NCBI GenBank assembly: GCA_012295275.1
Contig: CM022665.1
Location: 20,894,001-20,958,000, forward strand
Direction of reading: 5' to 3'
DNA length: 64,000 nt
DNA from: Chrysomallon squamiferum
Lineage: Eukaryota; Animalia; Mollusca
A program made the position numbers and the translations under genes. This document shows, one piece after another, positions 38,448-51,779 of the stretch. Within the stretch, counting starts at the first letter, position 1. The number at the start of each line of letters is the position of its first letter. Below the pieces are notes generated by a model. The model made no database searches and had not been told where the DNA came from. It worked only from the letters and a program-made list of their open reading frames with translations.

Positions 38448-39367
38448 ATTTTAAAACAATTCGAAGTTTCAATATACTTGTCATTTCGACTTAGTCCGAA
38501 CAGAGCTCATTGGTTACACCTGCGCATTCATGTTCGTCTGCTCGTTCCCGCCAAAACCTCGGCTCGTCTGTTACTTCACATGTTCTGTTGCACACACATC
38601 TCTCAGTGTTAACTTGCTGTCGTCTGCGATTCTCGCGCACGTTTTTCTCGCTTCCAGACCACACAAGATCAAATCGAACGACATTCACCGCTTCCTCGGA
38701 TAACTCCGCGCTCGGCGCTTCTAGCATTCTGCTGAAAAGCAAATCCGATCAAGATGTAGCCTGGAAATCAAAGAGGTGTTCCGGGTGGCCTGTCTAGTCC
38801 GTAAATAGCTGCGCCATCTTGTTCTTGTCTTGTGGTGTTTTTCTTGTTGAGGGTGCGGGATCAGTCACTCGATGGGATAATCACTAGCAGTTTTCTCTGT
38901 TGATAAAGACGTGGAAAATTTGAAATAGGGGTCATATTTATTTATCACTAAATGTTTCCGCCGACAACAGTGCAAATATTAAATACCATTTGATATGGCG
39001 TGAGAGACGCTTACGTATGTGTTATAGGTTATCTTATGTTTTGTTCCTCTTTTTTTTTTTTTTTTTCTCTCGTGTGACTTTTCTTCTTTTCTTCTTCATT
39101 TTTTTTTTCTTTCTTTCTTTTTTTCAAGTCCATAGGCAGTACACTAACCGTTTAACGAAAAAACATTTCTGGATTCTGTCACTTCCATAATGTGACGAAC
39201 TTCAATAACTTAATATTAACTTATAATAATATTTTAAAACACATTAATCTGAAGTCAGTTGGCTTTTTTTTTTTTTTTTTTTGTGCTCCGACTTTGAAAG
39301 TATTCTCACCAATAATCCGTTAAAGCGATCTTCATTAATAAATACATGCATGCATTCATTCAGTCTT

Positions 39368-39405
<38 letters not shown>

Positions 39406-39856
39406 CTATACATATTATTATCATTATTATTAAAAGCAGTTATGTTAACAAAACATAATAATATATTAATTTGAGGACATTTAAAAGTACTACTAGTATG
39501 TTAATCCTATTCGTTTGTTTATTAGAAATCTGTGCAGTGAATTTTTCAGCATCTCTGCTCGGCTCAATCAATGTTTTAAAAATAAGTTGTAAAAAAGTAC
39601 ATTACATCTTTATTCGTCATGTTATCAATTTGCCAGTTCTTGTGTGTATATGTATCTAAAACTGTTTCATGATAAAAATAGATATGACTGACAAGTATTA
39701 TTATTTAAAAAATAAATAAATAAATGTCTGCTGTTTTTGGTGTTGTTGTTGTTATTATTATTATTATAACTATTATAACTATTGTTATTGTTATTATTAT
39801 TATTATTATTATAACTATTGTTATTATTATTATTATTATTATAACTATTATAACTA

Positions 39857-39896
<40 letters not shown>

Positions 39897-39898
39897 AG

Positions 39899-40341
39899 AT
39901 ACACCACTGATGTGTCAAAGAAAACTTCCTCCATCATTCTGGAACAGTGCCTACCAACCGCAGCCATCTTCTTCCGCTTCCGGTCATGGCGGATTTCCAC
40001 TCGGTGCAGACGCCTACTTCTCAACATCACTGTACGGATTTCACAAAACGTGGCCGTACTACTCCTCACAACCTACATACGGACACCAGGGGGCGCCAGG
40101 ATTTTCTTACGCGAGTGTGGACTCTGCTGCCAGTAGACTGAACTCTCACTATGGATCCCTCATGATGCAAAACTCTTCGCTGGGAGGACGTATGGACTCC
40201 CGGCACACTCAGTATGAACTTGGCAAAAATACGGACGCTTTCCCGTCTTCCTCCTACTACCCGATGGGAAGGTTCGGCTCCGAGGTCTCCTCCACCGTAG
40301 GAGTCGAATCAGCGATGACAGGTGCATTGGCATTACACTGA
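39899..40341 (+). CDS. vg/VGLL: Vestigial-like exon 3 (ends at 40321 if spliced; read-through stop at 40341)
   Basis: ttacag| in phase 1. (D)TPLMCQRKLPPSFWNSAYQ matches the VGLL MSQRxFPxSFWNSxYQ motif, followed by a Tyr/Ser/Gly-rich region. Possible donor ACAG|gtgcat at 40322. Confidence 0.88.
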
Positions 40342-41019
40342 ACTGAGGTAGTTATTCTGTGACGTGTTATGACATTATTCTCCGCGCGGGACGCCATGGA
40401 AAATCATTCTTCTCACCCACGTGACCTTTAACTCTCTTTCATCGCGCAGGAGTGACTTTCTCAGATTGTGTTTTCTCTGATAATTTAGTTTTAGTTTGTT
40501 ACTCCGAGTAAATCAGCTCTAATCTGACTTGTTAAGTATCACACTGACAGAAATATTTTACAACTGGAAGTTCTGTTTTTTCCATTACACGACTTCTGTT
40601 TAGTTCTGTTAAAACACACTGATTTCACACACGAAGTAAACATGACATTTCAGTCTGAAGGAGTCAGTCTGGTGCACATTCTGTATCAAAACTTGAATTA
40701 TAGGTCTTCTAATTCTAAAAGATTTCTCACAATTTAAATTCAAATATTGAACTGTCTTACTTTGTTAAAATCCGACAAAACAATTCTCTCCAGCTTCGCA
40801 CATCTAGATTCTGCACTAAAATACCAAATGCTCAAGACAACTAATTGTTATCATAATTAGAAAAAATAAGGTGGTTTAAAATAGATTCAGATTATTACAA
40901 TTAATTTCACTATTTCCGTTTAAAATAGATTCAGTTTATTATAATTGACATCACTCACAAGGAAAGTGTCAACCAGAGGGTATTTGACGAAGTATATTTA
41001 CTACTGACTGATACATTTT

Positions 41020-41710
41020 ACACCATCTCCAGACGTACAGCTATCGTTTGAGGTAAAACTATCTCATAATGTACAATTATCTCAAAAATATGTTACTGTA
41101 ATATATTATAATAAAGTTAGATCTTAATGTATAACTATTTTACAAAGTATGACTATTTACTAACGTGTAGCAATATGATGACATGCAACTATCCTAAGAA
41201 GTATAATATTTCAAGACGTATTTCTCGCGATATAAAATTTAACTACCGCATGACGGATAACTCTCGTAAGACATATTTCTCAAGTCGTATACATACGTCA
41301 AGAGTATTTCTTAGACGAATAACCATCTCGAAACATATTTCTCATGATGTGTATAACTCAGGACGTATAACTATGTCAGTACGTGTTTCTCAGGACGTAT
41401 AATAACTATCTCAGAAGGTGTAATTACGTCAGGACGTATTTCTCACGACGTATAGTAATTATCTCAGAACGTATAACTATGTAAAGTCGTATTTTTCACG
41501 ACGTATAATAATTATTTCAGAACGTATACCTGTGTCAAGACATATTTCTCATGAGTTATAACTATCAAGACGTATAACTATATCAAAACGTATTTCTAAA
41601 CACGTTTTTTGTCACGACCTATAGCTGTGTCACGAAGTATGACTATCACAAGACACAATTATCATCAGACGTATTTCTCACGACGTATTTTTCTCGTCGT
41701 ATTTATCAAA
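41020..41710. repeat. Degenerate CpG-containing minisatellite (GACGTA-cored, about 14-19 bp units)
   Basis: Many alternating GACGTATTTCTC and GACGTATAACTATC variants. Confidence 0.75.
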
Positions 41711-42288
41711 ATGTGTAGAGTTAAACGATCTTTCCTTTAATGTGCCAAATGTTTATTTATATGTGTAAATATATTTATTACTCAGACCTCGTTCACACTT
41801 CCTCAGTTTTTTTTAGAAAAAAACGTTATAGTGTGGATCAGGTTCGTGACTTTTAATTCGGCAGTGAGGACGATTTTATGTATATATCTGTGAAATGTTC
41901 AAAGTCGTTGCTTGTTGCTGGAGAAAAAGAGACAAAATAAATATCTGATCTATTTTTATTAAAAATGTTTAACGTGTTTTTATTTGTTTGTTTTTTACTT
42001 TCCATATTTATCTGTATGCTGGTGTTACTGTATATCATCAGTTTATCATTTCGTTTGTGCATTTATCCGTCCATACGTTCATTCGTTGATCGTCTGTCCT
42101 TTACTTTATCCATTTAACTATGAATCTTTTTTATTTTTTATTTTTATTGCTTTCATGTTTCATATTTTATTTTATTTGATTAAATTAACTGATAATAATT
42201 GTTGTTTATTTGTTCCTTTATGATAGTCTGATAGTCCAAACAGCAAAACATCTCTACATTCTTGCGAAATTTTCTTATTCACTTTTAA

Positions 42289-42384
42289 CCCTTTGAATCC
42301 TGATATATATATATATATATAAACACACATACACACACACAAACACTCATATATACATTCACACACACATATACAAATACACAG

Positions 42385-42446
<62 letters not shown>

Positions 42447-42615
42447 CTATATAATGATAAACAGTCCTTGGTCTGAAGTTGCAGAAACAAACACTTTGCA
42501 CATAATTTATGAAATTCTGACTGGATTAAAACAAATGAAATGAATTAACTACGCTACTGATTGGACGTTTTAGCGTGTAGTCGGAACACAGCAGAGTCCA
42601 ACAGGGTCTGAAGGG
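42289..42615. mobile_element. Candidate piggyBac-type MITE
   Basis: TTAA|CCC...GGG|TTAA ends (TTAA at 42285-42288 and 42616-42619). Imperfect TIRs CCCTTTGAATCCTG versus CCCTTCAGACCCTG (10/14). Interior invaded by (CA)n. Confidence 0.45.
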
Positions 42616-43411
42616 TTAAAGGTGAATGAAAGATTGAATATTTAATGGTTGATTTTGTATTTTACTATTATTACTGGTCATTGTGTGGTATTATTACGAG
42701 TGAGGCTCATCTGAATAGATGCAAAGAATCTTTTATATAAATTTCGTATAAAAAGGAAACCAATGTACGATATCCTTTTATATATACAAGCCTTGAGGTT
42801 CTGGGTGGAATGGGAAATAGTAAAGAAACGTTAACTATTGATCTCGTCTGATGTTCTATTAGCCACTAATCTACATTAAAAAAAAAAAAAAAAAAAAAAA
42901 AATGTTAACCGATTAAAAGAATTTCTTTTTTTTCTTCTTTCTTTGTTGGGTGATTATGTGTAAAATCTTCTTCTTCTTCTTCTTCTTCTTCTTCGTCTTT
43001 CGTTGGTGTTTGTGTCAAAGTGCACGATTATTTATTGACCAATTGATCATCGTGACCCTGCTTCTCGCAGAGCGTTGAAACTTTTACAAACGTAGACTGT
43101 AAAACCATCTGTCCTTCCAAAAAAAACCGAAATCACCATTTTCCCACACTGCATACATCGTAGCAATTACCGAGTAATCTCGACAATCGCCGTCTAAGAA
43201 CGGAAACAGTTGCTATTAAATAAACCGTGCTCTATTTTTTAGTTATTTATAGTCGACGACGTTTTCGACAATTATCGCCAACAATCGAGAGTCACAAACC
43301 ACGTCATCTTGTCACATAGACGTTGCCAGCGGCAGTTACGTCAAGTCAGACGTGAAAAACGCGGTCGTTGTGGTTGTCGGTCACAGGTTAAATTTTCCAG
43401 ATGCGAGGATA

Positions 43412-43467
<56 letters not shown>

Positions 43468-43681
43468 TGATGTTAAACATAAGTGAAAAAAATAAAAATA
43501 AACAACAACGACAATAATAATAATAATAAGTTAAAACAAATACAACAATAATGGCAATAAAAAAAATAATAATACGTTATTTGTGTTAGAAAGGACTGAG
43601 ATAAGTGATAGAAATCGATTTTTTTTTTTCAGTTCTTTTAAAATCCAATCCACAAAAAGAAGACAAAAAAAAAAAAAAAAA

Positions 43682-43712
<31 letters not shown>

Positions 43713-44173
43713 AAAAAAATAAAAATACTACTACTACTAATAATAATAAATAAAATAAAAAATTTAAAGGATTTATGAGCAGTGGAAATGAATCGATTAT
43801 GAGAAAGTTGTTAACATGTCTTCTGTTTTTACTTTCCAGTTATTACATGCTTCGTGGGCAAAGGAAAATAAACAAAAGGCCGCCGACGTTGTACACGCCT
43901 GTGTTAGAGTCGTTGTGAATAAGAAATAAAACAGCGTTCATGGACTATGAAAATTGTTTTGAAAATGTTATCCAGGGAGAGGATAAAAACCTCACAGCAC
44001 GATGAGTTAAGTAGAAAACCGTGCAGAGGAAACTCTGTTCCGTGTAATAAAACAGTTAACACTGGATTCGCGGGGTAATGGGTTTTGGAAGACGAGATGA
44101 GGACAAATTACAAATATGTTTTTTATGGAACGTATACTGGTGAGATAGTGTGATTTATAACTTAGAGCGAGAA

Positions 44174-44291
<118 letters not shown>

Positions 44292-45267
44292 AGAGATAAA
44301 TAGACAGATAGGAAGATCGACATATATATATATATATACACAGAAAGAGAGAGATTCAGAGAGAAAAGAGAAAGTGAGATACACACACACAGAGAAAGAG
44401 AATGAAAAAGAAACAGAGAGAAATAAAAATAGAGAAAGGAACAGAGACAGTAACATTGTCATCAACAACATCAGCAGCAGCAAAATAAATATAATAATAA
44501 TAATAGTAATAATAATAATGACTGTAATGAAGATAATAATGATTATGTTTGTTTCTAGAATACAACATCAAACTGTTTCAGGATCGATTCCTGACAGTGG
44601 TTTGCACTATAGTGTTTAAAATATTGTATCAGTATTGATTCGAAGTAATTTTGCCATAGTTACCTGGAAATATTAAACCTGATCCTTTTTAAAAATATAT
44701 TTCTTAAAATTAAAAAGAGGTAAGAATAAAGACGTATCGTATGTAAGAAGACTGGACACAAAAAGAAAGGAAAATTTTACATTATTTTACACACACACAG
44801 TAACATACATGAAACGAGCACCCACAAACACACAAACTAGAAATACTCACAAACACAACGCAAAACGTAATTCATGACATATATTCATTACCGAGACAAA
44901 AATTTAACACATGACCCCTCACACCGCTCTTTGTTTTTACTTTACTTTTAATAATGTAGGGATTGTCTTTTCACAATAAGAGATTTGTTTCGCTTTCATA
45001 ACGTAACTTAGGAAGTTGTTTTCTAATTCCGTGGCGTCGCGCAGACGCTGTCTGTGTTTTCGGATATATCTATCCACCTACGTCTTCACCTCAATTCCCG
45101 GCGGGACATGCGCAGCCCATTGTGAACCAGCCAAGGGGATAAATACTCGCAGAATTAAATCCTCTTGTGAAAATATTTGTTTTGAAATATTCATCAAGTT
45201 TTATTCACACAGGATCTGCTACTTTCTCGTACGGAAATACATTTTGCTTGCAGGACTGTAACGTCGA

Positions 45268-45302
<35 letters not shown>

Positions 45303-45889
45303 CAACCTTCTTTATCCCGGCTATCAGAAACATATTGGAGAGAACAGAAACACGTGGTGGTCGGTAACACGCCGTGTTTCACTTCACACGGCCCGGCACC
45401 ACGGGATTTCGTATGACACTGACCGGTTAGGGTGGGGCGGTGGTGGGGGTGAGGGTTGGTTTCAAGTTTGACCTTTTTGTATGATCTTCTAACATTCAGT
45501 AAAAACATTATCATATATTGATTACTATGACCACTACTACTACGATTACCATCATCATCGTCACCATTATCATCACTCTTATCATTGTTATCATTACTAA
45601 TAGTATTATTGTTGTTATTTTTATTACTGTTGTTGTTGTTGCTGTTCTTATTGTCGTTGTCTTTTTATTTTATAACTTTTATGTTCATCATCTTCACAAT
45701 CATTGTTACCATTACTTTTAATATTATTATAACTATTACCATCATCGTCATTATCACTACCATTATTACAATTATTGCTATTATTTTATTATCGTTGTTG
45801 TTGTTGTTGTCGTCGTAGTCGTCGTCATCATTTTATTTTCTAACTGTTTGCTCTTCCTTTAATTTGTTTAAAACTAATTATCGGTGAAA

Positions 45890-46260
45890 AATTACAGTTT
45901 CAGTTAGAAATAATATTTAATTTACAAACATTATCAATATAGGCTACTAATAATACTTGATTTCAGTTACAAATATTAAATTCATTTACAAATATGATTA
46001 CCGATAGTTTCAAATAATATTTAAATTCATTTACAAAACTTAGCCTTACAAATAATACTAATTTCAGTTACAGATAGTATTAACTTTATTTACAAACAAG
46101 ATTAAAATTAATTACAAAAATTAAAACGACAGTTTCAAATATTTTTAACGTTAATTTCAAACACTGTTCACTTAAAGTTATAAATATTATTAACGTTATT
46201 TTTAATAACCGTTCTTATGAAGTACAGAAATTACAAAGTCAGTTACAAATATTATTTACA
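45890..46260. repeat. Degenerate AT-rich tandem repeat (about 20-22 bp unit)
   Basis: Recurrent TTCAGTTACAAATA / TTCATTTACAAA units. Confidence 0.55.
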
Positions 46261-47050
46261 TTAATTTTATTAATAAGCTAATTCCAAAATACAATTAACT
46301 TCACTCCCGAACATTATTAACATTGTTTATAGAAAAATTATTAATACTATTTGCAGACATTATTACACATATTAATAAACATCGATGCTATTTTAATTGT
46401 TTACAAACAATATTAACGTAACGTACAATTATCAATCTCGGATTACAGCACAGTTAACGTCATTAACAATTAAGTAACGTATTTGCCTTGTAACGTTTTC
46501 TGCAGTAATGATGTATGTGTTTAGAACATTTTGGATTCTTTCCCCTGTTTTCGTGTTTCTGCTGCACAACGAAATTCTATTCTCTGTTGGTGTAAAGTGA
46601 GTGAGTGACAAAAAAGCAATTCGTGAAATAGTTTCCCGTTCTGTTACATTTCTAGAAGAGTACTAAACAAACACACGGACGTACACACGTCAGGAATCGG
46701 TGGTGGTGGTGTAGGGGGGTTGAAGAAATCGCAGAAAGAAGAACAGATTCCTGGGAATTAATTCCAACCAAAAGGCCACGTGGTAAGCGTTACCAAGGCG
46801 ACGCGAACGTTTACGTCAAGCGTCATTTTATAGTTATCGCTGTTAATTAAATTTGAAATTTTTTGTTTGTTTATTTATCATCATCATCTAATCATCATTA
46901 TCATTACCATTATTATTATTATTATTATTGTTGTTGTTGTTATCATCATAATCATTATTATTATTATTATTATCATCTTCGTTATTATTATTTTTGTTAT
47001 TATTACTATCATTATCATCATCAATATCATCATTATCTTTATTATTTATA

Positions 47051-47086
<36 letters not shown>

Positions 47087-47090
47087 CATT

Positions 47091-47129
<39 letters not shown>

Positions 47130-47880
47130 ATTACATATACATTATCACATACGAATACTCTGCTGATAGAACGAAGGCACACTGCTAGAAAAATGGGTTC
47201 GCTCTCATTGTTTGACACTTTGCGTCTGCTATACGTTATCATCTGATTTCATAGATAAGTCTCATTTTGACAAAAGCCTACTAGTGTGTACAAAACACAG
47301 CCTCGTTGTGCTTCAGCTGGGAAAAAGAAAACTAATGAGATTTTTGCCGCCTCCATTTTGTCTTGGCACGAACAGTGCGCGTGCAAATTGAAGACGGGTC
47401 TGAAACGGGTTTAGTTTCGGATAATTCGCTTGTTATCGGAAACAATCGGATTCCTCAGCATCAAGCGCAGTGAATCTGTGTGTAGTTTGAGCAGACGATA
47501 TGACTTGGAGAAGAGATAACCAAGTTCAGATCTCCTTTTAACATGTTCTGCTTATTAATACAGCAGAAAAAAAAAACACAACACAGACAGATACAGTGAT
47601 AGACAGATACATACGCACATACAGAGATAGGTAGATAGGTAGATAGATAGACAGACAGATAGATAAATAGAAAGGTAGATAGATAAGTAGAAAGATAGAT
47701 AGATAGAAAGGTAGATAGATAGACAGATAGGTATAAAAACAGAAACATACATACATACATAAATACATATATACATATACATAAATAAATACATGCATGC
47801 GTATATACAGAGATAGATATAGATATTGGTAAGTAGGGATATGAGAGGCATCACATAAAGAAACGAGAGAAAGAGAGAGA

Positions 47881-48008
<128 letters not shown>

Positions 48009-49599
48009 GAATGAAAATCTTTTTCGTCTAACCATACATTTAACCATTTACGAGTACGTACATGAATCTATGTTGAAGATGTACAATTCATTTCGGGACA
48101 AAGTTAACACTGAAGAACTTTCTCTGAATTTAATTGTAAAATCTTCAACCAATTGTTGTTACGCCTCTTACTTAAATCAACTTACCAGTCTAAAGCCTCG
48201 TTCTAAAATTAGTCTCACTTTGGTTAACAACTGTAAACAGCGTAATCTAATAGAAATAATTAGTTTAATTATCCGCTAGCCGGCTAAACATCATACAGAA
48301 AAACTTGGATCTTCGAAAAAGAGGTTGAAATCTCGTTTAATGTGATTTTAAAAGAAAAAAAAAAAAAAAAATGAAAATCGTGAGAGTTTGTTAGAACGCT
48401 ATCAATGAGGGACGGAAAAAAAAGGGGCGTATCTAAGATTTCAGAAAGAAGGGAGGCTTGAGGACTGAATCGGGTATAATTCTCAATTTTCAAAATCAGT
48501 TTAATTATAAATACAGAGAGAAGAAATAAAACGCCCAGTCTATTTATTGTTTTCATTGGTCCTCCATTAACGATGACGTCACAGAGAAGCGACGATGATA
48601 CAGTACAGAATGTAGGTTAATGAGATCTAGTTATGGCAGCGGAAGATTTGTTTTTACACAACAAACGCTGAGAATAACTCCAAGAAACAAAACCCATCGT
48701 CTTGCAGTACTTGCTACGTGGAGGCTGAATGGTCATCATAGCCCAAATAGCTGAACCATAAAGAGAAAAGCCGCGGTATTTGTCAAATGATGTTGTCAGT
48801 AGAAATAAAGGGAGTTGTTTTACAAGGCAGTGTTAACCACAGAGAGATACAATGCAGTATTTTTACAGTGTTATAACGATCCCGATACTCAGTACTAAAA
48901 GCATTCTTTGCCAGCAGAGTGATGACGGAAACATGATAGATAATGTTCTTGTTGTTAGATAGAAAAATACTTAGTGATATTTTCGTCATAGAAATAATAA
49001 GAAAATTAATCAGTGATTCTGTATCAGTTCAGAGAATAATAGACTGTACATATACACAGACACACACATAAATATACACACGTACATATTTACATACATA
49101 CAACTACATACTTACATACATTCATACATACATACATATTCATACAAACATACATAGTTGTATATAAGCATATACATAAATTATATACATATATAAATAT
49201 ATACATATGTACATACATAAATACATATAGATATATATACACAAAATAAAAGCATTCATATATACATACATTCATGCACACACACACACACACATACATA
49301 TGTACTACATACAAACATACATACACACAGACAGACAGATAGATATAGATATTTACGCACGTATACACAAACATGTACACCTTCATACATACATACTTCG
49401 TTCTCTTGTACCCGTGCGTTACCGAATATTGTGGAGAGTTCAGGAAGATGTACGTAAGACACAGAATATTATTGCTATAAATACATATACATACTCAAAC
49501 GTTCATACGTACATAAAAATAAATGCACTTATGCATACTTACATTATATACATCCATCCATCCATGTATACTTACATATATACATACATACATACATAC

Positions 49600-49653
<54 letters not shown>

Positions 49654-50569
49654 ACACACACACACATACACACACGGAATGAAACGGGAAGGAAAGAACA
49701 GGGAGCGGTAGTATTTGTAACAGAGAGGTGTTATGTATCCCGCGTTGTAAGGAACTAAACAACGTGTAGATGTAAGTGAACTGAAGAATGCAGTGCTCAC
49801 CAAATGCACCCTTCAAACACACACTTTGATGGATCTTGTTCTCGACTGACCCATAAACGTCACTTCACATCAGTCCAAGTTGATGACGTCTCCATGCAAG
49901 GACACGGTGCACTGCCGTCGCTGTTGTGTTCAATTTCATGGTTATGTGACGTCGCTGAACCAGAAACAGGTCCCAGCAACGACGGAGCTGTGCGGCACGA
50001 CGTGCTGACAGCATAGCTAATTATACAACATCGACAACGTATCTGCAAAAAACATGCTTAGTGGATGTGACAGGACGTTTACACTTCTCATAATCTGTTG
50101 ATTATACGAGAACGTTATCTGGAAAAAATAACAATATTTCTTTTCTTCAGAGCAGATTTTCTTTCTATTTGCATTACAAGAAAAATAAACTAGTCGACGT
50201 CGCTGATTCGATTACGTATCAAAACGTTTCTCTACGTTAAGAACGTTTTAAATATACACAGATATATGAAACCGTGACCGCTAGATCAAATACAGTCTTC
50301 GCAGTAGCTAATTTATTTAGAGAATTATTACATGGACGAAACAATTAGGGTTTTAAATTATTGAACCATTTTAAAATTAGGTTCAGTAAGTAAATGCGCT
50401 GAAGTTGAACAGAGTACAGAAACGTGGATGAAAACGCTAGGGTTGGAAATTATACAAACGATTAAAATTTAGGATTAAAAAAAAAAAAAAGGTATTGAAG
50501 TAAACATGATGATTTAACGGACAAAATATTACCATGTTTAAAATAATTATAGGCTCAGCCTGTTCTATT

Positions 50570-50604
<35 letters not shown>

Positions 50605-51444
50605 ATAATAATAATAGTAATAAAAAAATTACTAAATAAATAAATAAATGAATGAAGTAACGAACACAGTATTTTTATTACTATCCCAAGTTTTATTTTA
50701 ACAATCACTTTACAGATAAAACTTTCAACCGTTTTTAAAATAATAAAAACTACATAAAAAAACAATTTAACGTTTTATCCCGTTATAGATAGAGCTCCGA
50801 CAAAGAAGAAACTACTAATTAACAAGCAGCTCGTGCGACTTTGAAAAACAAGACAGAAGCAGGTTTGTAGAATAAGCAGTACTGATTTCTTCACGAGTGT
50901 GTGCGTTTTGTGTATCGTGTGCGAGTATGTTTACTGCAAGCGTATGTTGTCATAAAGGAAGAAACGAACTTGTTGTTTGGATTCCAGGCACGACATCGTG
51001 TCATAGCATGCTACATTAACCAAGGTCTTCATTATCTTCCTAGCAGTGACGGATCGCGCGTGCACGGGCGTGTCGTGCCAGGAATGCTCGTGCACACGTG
51101 CGGAACACGTCCCCTAGTCGTCAATGCGCGAGACCTGAAACAAGAAAATACATAATTTACTTAGGAATCCTACCAAGAATTTGCACCTTTAATTGTTTCT
51201 CCATAGATCGAGCGACTGCACACGCGACTTGCAGAGGCGTTGGGTTTAACCAATATTTGTATATCATACATTTTGCATGAATGCAGGAAATAACTTGGTG
51301 GATATTTCCCATAACTACGGCAGAGAGGCTCGCCTGGAACGCGCTACTGAGAGAGAAGTTTACTCACTCGCACGTGCATGTCGGCGGCTACACAACATTA
51401 CAGCATTGGACGTCGCAAACTGATACATACGTGTACAAAAACCT

Positions 51445-51504
<60 letters not shown>

Positions 51505-51528
51505 TTTGGTTGAGGGAAACAAAAGTAT

Positions 51529-51603
<75 letters not shown>

Positions 51604-51706
51604 CGTTAATTTTTTTTTTATGTAGTTTTTATTATTTTAAAAACGGTTGATAGTTTTATCTGTAAAGTGATTGTTAAAATAAAACTTGGGATAGTAATAA
51701 AAATAC

Positions 51707-51779
<73 letters not shown>

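Noticed and set aside
39724-39898. Poly-Ile N-terminal 'transmembrane' extension of ORF 39724-40341
   Set aside because: Intronic (ATT)n repeat; the real exon starts at the acceptor before 39899.
40344-40365. TGAGGTAGT resembling the let-7 5' end
   Set aside because: Only about 9 nt match; the remainder differs and no precursor hairpin is evident.
41020-41710. Repeat array as a CRISPR-like locus
   Set aside because: The units are degenerate and contiguous with no unique spacers, the context is eukaryotic, and there are no cas genes.
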